A DNA stretch of 64,000 bases. Origin: an uncultured Enterobacteriaceae bacterium. GTDB lineage: Bacteria; Desulfobacterota; Binatia; Bin18. The stretch lies in the NCBI GenBank assembly GCA_964460065.1, contig CAYWPF010000120.1:151-64150 (forward strand), given 5' to 3'. Positions 59,402 to 64,000 of the stretch are shown piece after piece. Position numbers and translations under genes: made by a program. The notes beneath the pieces are model-generated. The model had not been told where the DNA came from. It ran no database searches and saw nothing but the letters and a program-made list of their open reading frames with translations. Within the stretch, counting starts at the first letter, position 1. Every line of letters starts with the position of its first letter.

Positions 59402-60643
59402 TTATATGACTTGTTGTTTTCGAAGTTCCAAAAGCTCTCCTGATACCAGGCCCAGTTCTTTGTAGACTTCAGCGTTGTGTTCTCCTATCTGGGGAGAGGC
59501 GCGCTTGTAGGCTATTGGGGCCGCGCTAAACTTGGCAAACGGGCCCGGGTACGAAAAAGATTTGCCGGTCTGCGTGTGTTGGACAGGCGTCCAATATTCA
59601 CGAGATTCCAACTGTTCGCTCTGCACGACTTCACTGATAGTTGTTACCGGAGCCACCAGAAGACCTCGGTCGAGAGCCTCTTGAAACAGTTCTTCTTTGG
59701 TCTTTGTAAGAGTAAAACGCTCAACTATCTCTTTGAGCTGTTCATAGTCGGCGAGTGTCTTTTTGTCACCGGAAAACAAAAGGCCGCCCATTCCGATCCA
59801 GTCCATCTGTTGTACATCTTTCCCGCAGAAACCTTCTTCGTAGATCCAGTCCATCAGACGTTTAGTAAAGTGGGCGAACGCCGAGCCGAACAGATATGCG
59901 ATGGAGACATTTCCATCCTTCGCCGGCCACAACAAGCGGATGTTTAGCGGGCCCATCTTGGCGCCGCCGGCCATACGTCTTGTTTCTGCGTCGTTGAGCG
60001 GGGAGGAAAGAATGGTCGACTGTGTCGCCTGCGCGGCGGCTTGTTGGGCAGAGATATCGATATGCTGCCCTTTCCTGGAACGATGAGATTCGTGTAGGGC
60101 AATCAGTGCCGCTGGAGCAGCAGCTGCGCTCGCGTGAAGATACCCTTGCGGCACGCTAAGGCGAACGGGTGGCCGGTCTTCGTCGCCCGTGATAACCAGA
60201 GGCCCGCTGCATGCTAAAATAACTAAATCACTGTCCGCATATGATGCCTTGGGCCCGTCTTGACCGAATGGGGTAATGGATATGTAGATTAGCTCTGGGT
60301 TTATGGTTGCGAGTTCTTCATAGCTGAGTCCGTATTTTTCTAAAGTACCTGGATTATCTGATTCGATGAAGAATTTGGAGGTTTTCACCAACTCACGGAG
60401 TACCTGCTGGCCTTTAGCCTGTTCCAGGTCTAACGTAATGCCGCGTTTGTTCCTGTTGTATGCCCACCAATATAGCGAATTCTCTGGGCTCGGTTTGTCT
60501 TGGTAGAATGGCCCGAGTTTTCGTGCCGAAGCACCACCCGGAGGTTCTACTTTTATGACATCTGCGCCTAGATCAGCTAGAATTTGGCCACACAAAAGAC
60601 CCCTCTCTGTCGTGAGGTCTAGCACTCGGTACGGTTCTAACAT
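59402..60643 (-). CDS. family III CoA-transferase (CaiB/BaiF)
   Basis: VLDLTTERGLLCGQILADLGADVIKVE signature. Confidence 0.85.
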   Translation of the reverse strand: MLEPYRVLDLTTERGLLCGQILADLGADVIKVEPPGGASARKLGPFYQDKPSPENSLYWWAYNRNKRGITLDLEQAKGQQVLRELVKTSKFFIESDNPGTLEKYGLSYEELATINPELIYISITPFGQDGPKASYADSDLVILACSGPLVITGDEDRPPVRLSVPQGYLHASAAAAPAALIALHESHRSRKGQHIDISAQQAAAQATQSTILSSPLNDAETRRMAGGAKMGPLNIRLLWPAKDGNVSIAYLFGSAFAHFTKRLMDWIYEEGFCGKDVQQMDWIGMGGLLFSGDKKTLADYEQLKEIVERFTLTKTKEELFQEALDRGLLVAPVTTISEVVQSEQLESREYWTPVQHTQTGKSFSYPGPFAKFSAAPIAYKRASPQIGEHNAEVYKELGLVSGELLELRKQQVI

Positions 60644-60806
60644 TGGTGTCTGCTCCTCAAGCGAGGTTTTACCCTCGTCCCTCTCCTTACACGTATAGGA
60701 TTTCCCTTACCGCTGTTCGTCTCAACAGGCAAGCCCTGGTCTTGAGTAGAATGTATAAGCTGCTAAACGCTATGTTGATATGTTCTGTAAGAAATGCAGG
60801 ATTAAA

Positions 60807-60926
60807 ATGAGGGTGTCATCACATCGACCACACAAAAAGGAGAAATGGCAGTGTCAGCGTTGCGGTCGAGTTCGTATGAAACCGGCGGCGTACACGCGTA
60901 AAAGAAGGGATAGGCGTCCGGCGTGA
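60807..60926 (+). CDS. possible small basic zinc-knuckle-like peptide (39 aa: MRVSSHRPHKKEKWQCQRCGRVRMKPAAYTRKRRDRRPA)
   Basis: ATG with AGGA 7 nt upstream in a 320-nt intergenic gap; HxxH...CxxC spacing; very basic; speculative. Confidence 0.2.
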   Translation: MRVSSHRPHKKEKWQCQRCGRVRMKPAAYTRKRRDRRPA

Positions 60927-60965
60927 TGGTTCACCTACGGGGTAGCGCCCACGCGACCAGGAACA

Positions 60966-61430
60966 CTATTGGGTCACGAGCCCGTTAGATTCGTTCCGAT
61001 TCTCAATAAACGCGGACATAAGGCCGGGAAGGTCAATAGGAGATATGGTCTCCCGTAGTGTGCCCTCGGGACCAACCAGCTGATCGGAGCCGCCAAGAGA
61101 AATGAGAAGGTAGGGTCCTCCTAGAAGGCCTTTTGTCTGAATTGATGCTATAGCGTCCTCTTGAATTTGAACATTATCGCGTATGGTAAGTGTAACTCGC
61201 GCACGCTTTCCCTCTAGATCGATGGAATCAACTCTACCTACCCGAACCCCTGCTATCTCTACTGGAGCTCCGGGCGTCAAACCCGCAGCACTCTCAAAGC
61301 CGGCGTACACCCTGTATCCCCAGTTGTTGTACAAGGACAATTCTCCAATAGAAGAGAAGAGGTAGAGACTGGCGGAAATTCCCAGGACAAGAAATCCACA
61401 AATACTAACGCTGAGGCCGAGTGGGCGCAT
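60966..61430 (-). CDS. mlaD: MCE-domain protein (MlaD-like)
   Basis: N-terminal TM anchor plus MCE domain; no adjacent mlaE/mlaF. Confidence 0.65.
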   Translation of the reverse strand: MRPLGLSVSICGFLVLGISASLYLFSSIGELSLYNNWGYRVYAGFESAAGLTPGAPVEIAGVRVGRVDSIDLEGKRARVTLTIRDNVQIQEDAIASIQTKGLLGGPYLLISLGGSDQLVGPEGTLRETISPIDLPGLMSAFIENRNESNGLVTQ

Positions 61431-61564
61431 TTGCGGAGATTACCAGACTGGGCGGACCCGTCAAAGGGGAAGCGGGTGGGCTAGGTTCCCGGAAACGCGT
61501 AGGCTTGGATGTCGGACGAAGGATTGGGCATACCGACAACGAGCATTGGCGCCTGTTGCTACAA

Positions 61565-62533
61565 ATGCTCTTTTCGTTTGTGATTGACGAAATGCAGTTT
61601 GCCATCGCTACACAGGTAATATTACGCATCCTTTCAGTCGTGAGTATAACTATTCTTCTTCTGTTCTGGCGAGACACCTTTTCACACGCCGCAGATGAGG
61701 AATTGATCGCCAAAGGAGAGTACCTTTTTGCGTCCGCGGGCGGATGCGGGTGTCATACCAGTACCGGAGGCGAACTGAACGCCGGTGGCCGTCCGTTGAC
61801 GACGGCATTCGGTACATTCTACGGGACTAACATCACGCCTGACCCGGTGCACGGAATAGGAGATTGGACCGACAGACAAATTGTCGATGCTTTGCGATCG
61901 GGTGTTGGACCTGGTGGGAGAGCGTTAAGTCCTGCTATGCCGTACCCGGCATTTAGCGGAATGACAGACGCCGATGCTGAAGCCCTAGTTGCCTACCTCC
62001 GTAGCGTCCCGGCAGTAGCTCAGAAGAACGTACCGCATGAAGTGGGTATCCCTTTTCAGGACACAATTATGTGGTTGTGGCGATGGGTCTTCTTTCGTCC
62101 GGCAAATAGCGAGGATCGCGAGGATAGTTACAGTTCAAATACTCAGTGGTCTAGGGGCCGGTACCTGACCGATCATGTCGCTCACTGTACGGAGTGTCAT
62201 ACACCGCGCACATTGTGGGGGAGTCTGCGCGTTGCTGAGTATCTGAAAGGTAATAGAGACGGGATAGATGGAGAACCGACAGGGGACATTACAGCCGATG
62301 AGATTGCCGGAATAGGTCGTTGGACACTCGGTGAGATAGTGGAGCTGTTGCGGACCGGGTACTTGCCCAATTTCGACAATGTTCAGGGCCTGATGGCTCT
62401 CGTAATAGACGGCGCTCACGGCAGAGGGTACAACCGAATGAACGACAGGGACTTATATGCTATTGCAGGTTACCTCAAGTCGTTGAACGGCGATGATAAG
62501 GTGAGAAGGGACCAGACACTGCCTCTCGATTGA
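61565..62533 (+). CDS. diheme c-type cytochrome
   Basis: two CxxCH motifs (CGCHT, CTECHT) after a signal/anchor helix; start ATG 61565 or 61592 (the track ORF opens at 61421). Confidence 0.75.
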   Translation: MLFSFVIDEMQFAIATQVILRILSVVSITILLLFWRDTFSHAADEELIAKGEYLFASAGGCGCHTSTGGELNAGGRPLTTAFGTFYGTNITPDPVHGIGDWTDRQIVDALRSGVGPGGRALSPAMPYPAFSGMTDADAEALVAYLRSVPAVAQKNVPHEVGIPFQDTIMWLWRWVFFRPANSEDREDSYSSNTQWSRGRYLTDHVAHCTECHTPRTLWGSLRVAEYLKGNRDGIDGEPTGDITADEIAGIGRWTLGEIVELLRTGYLPNFDNVQGLMALVIDGAHGRGYNRMNDRDLYAIAGYLKSLNGDDKVRRDQTLPLD

Positions 62534-62590
62534 GGGGGAGGGGAGAATTTGGTGTGTACAAACTGGTGCTAGGACACGGGGAGAAATTTT

Positions 62591-63067
62591 ATGCGAGCGA
62601 AGACTGTTTTTTTGTCCTTTTTTTCGGGGGCCGTCCTGGTCACCTCTCCGATGGTTTTCGCACATGAAAATCATCCCGCTCATATTCCAGATATAGAGGA
62701 CGTTGTATCCTTTCGGAATTATCTGATGGAAAATGTGGGGGCGAATACCAAAGAGTTAAAAAGTAAGATAGATGCGGGAGACTTATCTGCTGCCCGGGTT
62801 AATGCTGCGGCTATAGCGATACATGGAGTACACGCCGGGCGACTTTTTAAAACTGAAGGTAACCTAGAATCATCGCGGGCGAAGGCCGCGATATGGAACA
62901 ATTGGGACGAATTTTCAGCTTCGCTTGAAGCATTAATCCAACATGCGGACGGTGTGGCCGTGGCTGCTCAAGCGTCAGATGCCGGATTGGTTGGGGCACA
63001 TGCGAAAAAGCTCTTTGCGACCTGCAAGAACTGTCATGACAAATTTCGAAAGCCCAAGAACGATTAG
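62591..63067 (+). CDS. class II cytochrome c (cytochrome c'/c556-like)
   Basis: signal peptide plus four-helix-bundle-length protein with C-terminal CKNCH heme-binding motif. Confidence 0.7.
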   Translation: MRAKTVFLSFFSGAVLVTSPMVFAHENHPAHIPDIEDVVSFRNYLMENVGANTKELKSKIDAGDLSAARVNAAAIAIHGVHAGRLFKTEGNLESSRAKAAIWNNWDEFSASLEALIQHADGVAVAAQASDAGLVGAHAKKLFATCKNCHDKFRKPKND

Positions 63068-63158
63068 CGTACAATAGTTGTTTCTTTCATTGTATTGCCC
63101 CTAAAAGGAAAACGTGAGATAAAATTTTACTATTTCCTGATTAACAAAGGAGTCCCGT

Positions 63159-64000
63159 GTGTCAGGTGCCGTAGGTTTTCAAGCCTTAACTAGCCGTAGT
63201 GCCGTGCTCAGCAGTGCGGAGAATTTTATCCTATATTTGCTGCTCGAAACGAAACCGCAGGGTGGCGGGGCCCGGTTGCCCTTGAACCTTGGCATAGTGT
63301 TGGATCGAAGTGGTTCAATGTATGACGAACAGCGACTAGATTACGTCATAGAGGCTGTAAAGTACTTAGTTGATAATTTAGGTCCCGACGACAAAGCCGC
63401 GGTGATCGCTTTTGCAGATTCTGCCGAGGTAGCCGCTACGGCGGATCGCGTTGCGGCAGATAAATCCGGTGTCAAGCGTTCGATCGACGATTTAGATCTT
63501 CTCGAAATTGGGGGAGGAACACAGATGGCCCTCGGCATGGAGGCCGGAATTGCCGAGGTCGAGAAGCATTATTCGCCTGATCGGTTGAATAGGTTGCTGT
63601 TATTGACAGATGGACAGACCTACGAAGAACGAAGATGCCTTGACTTGGCACGGAAGCACGGGGATAGAATCTCTTTCAGCACATTGGGTGTTGGCTTGGA
63701 ATTCAATGAAAAACTCTTAATGGAAGTTGCTGAAACAAGTGGTGCCAATTATCACTTCATTGACGCTCCAGCATCGATACCCGGACTGTTTTCGAGCGAA
63801 TTGGAAGGGTTACGAAACGTTGCCCTGACCAATGCGAGGATCGATGTACAACTAAGCGCCGGAGTTCAGGTAAAAGAGGCGTTTCGCGCCAGTCCACAAA
63901 TTTATGAATTAAAGGACGTTCAGCCTGCGGCCGACCGGCTCCTTTCGTTGCCGTTGGGAGATATTGAGGCCGGGACCCCCAGTTCGGCCCTCTCTGTCTT
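63159..64000 (+). CDS. von Willebrand factor type A (VWA) domain protein, 3'-truncated at window edge
   Basis: AAGGAG then GTG 63159; MIDAS-type LDRSGSM motif; ORF runs off the window end. Confidence 0.65.
   Translation, partial: MSGAVGFQALTSRSAVLSSAENFILYLLLETKPQGGGARLPLNLGIVLDRSGSMYDEQRLDYVIEAVKYLVDNLGPDDKAAVIAFADSAEVAATADRVAADKSGVKRSIDDLDLLEIGGGTQMALGMEAGIAEVEKHYSPDRLNRLLLLTDGQTYEERRCLDLARKHGDRISFSTLGVGLEFNEKLLMEVAETSGANYHFIDAPASIPGLFSSELEGLRNVALTNARIDVQLSAGVQVKEAFRASPQIYELKDVQPAADRLLSLPLGDIEAGTPSSALSV

Noticed and set aside
60876-60926. Alternative 16-aa ORF MKPAAYTRKRRDRRPA
   Set aside because: It has no ribosome-binding site and lies in-frame inside the longer 39-aa candidate. It is subsumed by that candidate.
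1-64000. CRISPR arrays, IS elements, prophage genes, integrons
   Set aside because: No regularly spaced direct repeats, transposase, integrase or phage structural genes were seen on either strand.

Overview
This 64 kb window is a gene-dense bacterial chromosomal segment of about 70 genes, with moderate GC (roughly 50-55%), frequent overlapping stop/start junctions and no visible mobile elements or CRISPR arrays.

From 5' to 3' it contains:
- a truncated PhyH-family dioxygenase and an ABM monooxygenase;
- tRNA-Arg(TCG) at 1546-1619, followed directly by a six-gene operon (1625-6512) that resembles a polyprenyl-phosphate-dependent glycosylation module (flippase-like membrane protein, GT-C membrane glycosyltransferase, secreted unknown, a polyprenyl-phosphate glycosyltransferase (DPM1/GtrB-like), small unknown, a second family-2 glycosyltransferase);
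- a minus-strand block holding fbp-fbaB (FBPase plus class I archaeal-type FBP aldolase) and a coenzyme F420 biosynthesis operon cofG-cofH-cofD-cofE, with cofG and cofH unfused and no cofC in the operon;
- crotonase, a PPP-family protein phosphatase and an unknown Cys-containing protein;
- tRNA(CAT) at 16526-16599, then a 34-aa hydrophobic small ORF with a good ribosome-binding site, then tilS-ftsH-glmM-nnr-tsaE-lysC-cimA;
- an envelope and housekeeping stretch (DUF368, LysM/M23 lipoprotein, apt, EamA, a membrane-anchored Mrr-like nuclease, rdgB, a squalene/phytoene-synthase-family gene, mug, nitroreductase);
- a candidate selenoprotein gene (36484-37083) with an in-frame TGA giving a U-G-S-C motif and a bacterial-SECIS-like hairpin, translationally coupled to a 366-aa protein of unknown function and divergent from a Cys-less DsbA-like gene;
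- a YchF-like GTPase, NUDIX, a transglutaminase/TPR protein and an alpha/beta hydrolase;
- a HadA/HadB-like hotdog pair, 5-FTHF cyclo-ligase, a single-chain EtfB-EtfA fusion, holA and two unknowns;
- three family III CoA-transferases, a gluconolactonase-like protein, a MetE-like protein, mtnA, nagZ and panBC;
- smpB followed by a tmRNA gene (57707-58058);
- an orphan mlaD, a diheme cytochrome c, a cytochrome c' and a truncated VWA-domain gene.

Nothing in the window has prophage or insertion-sequence character.
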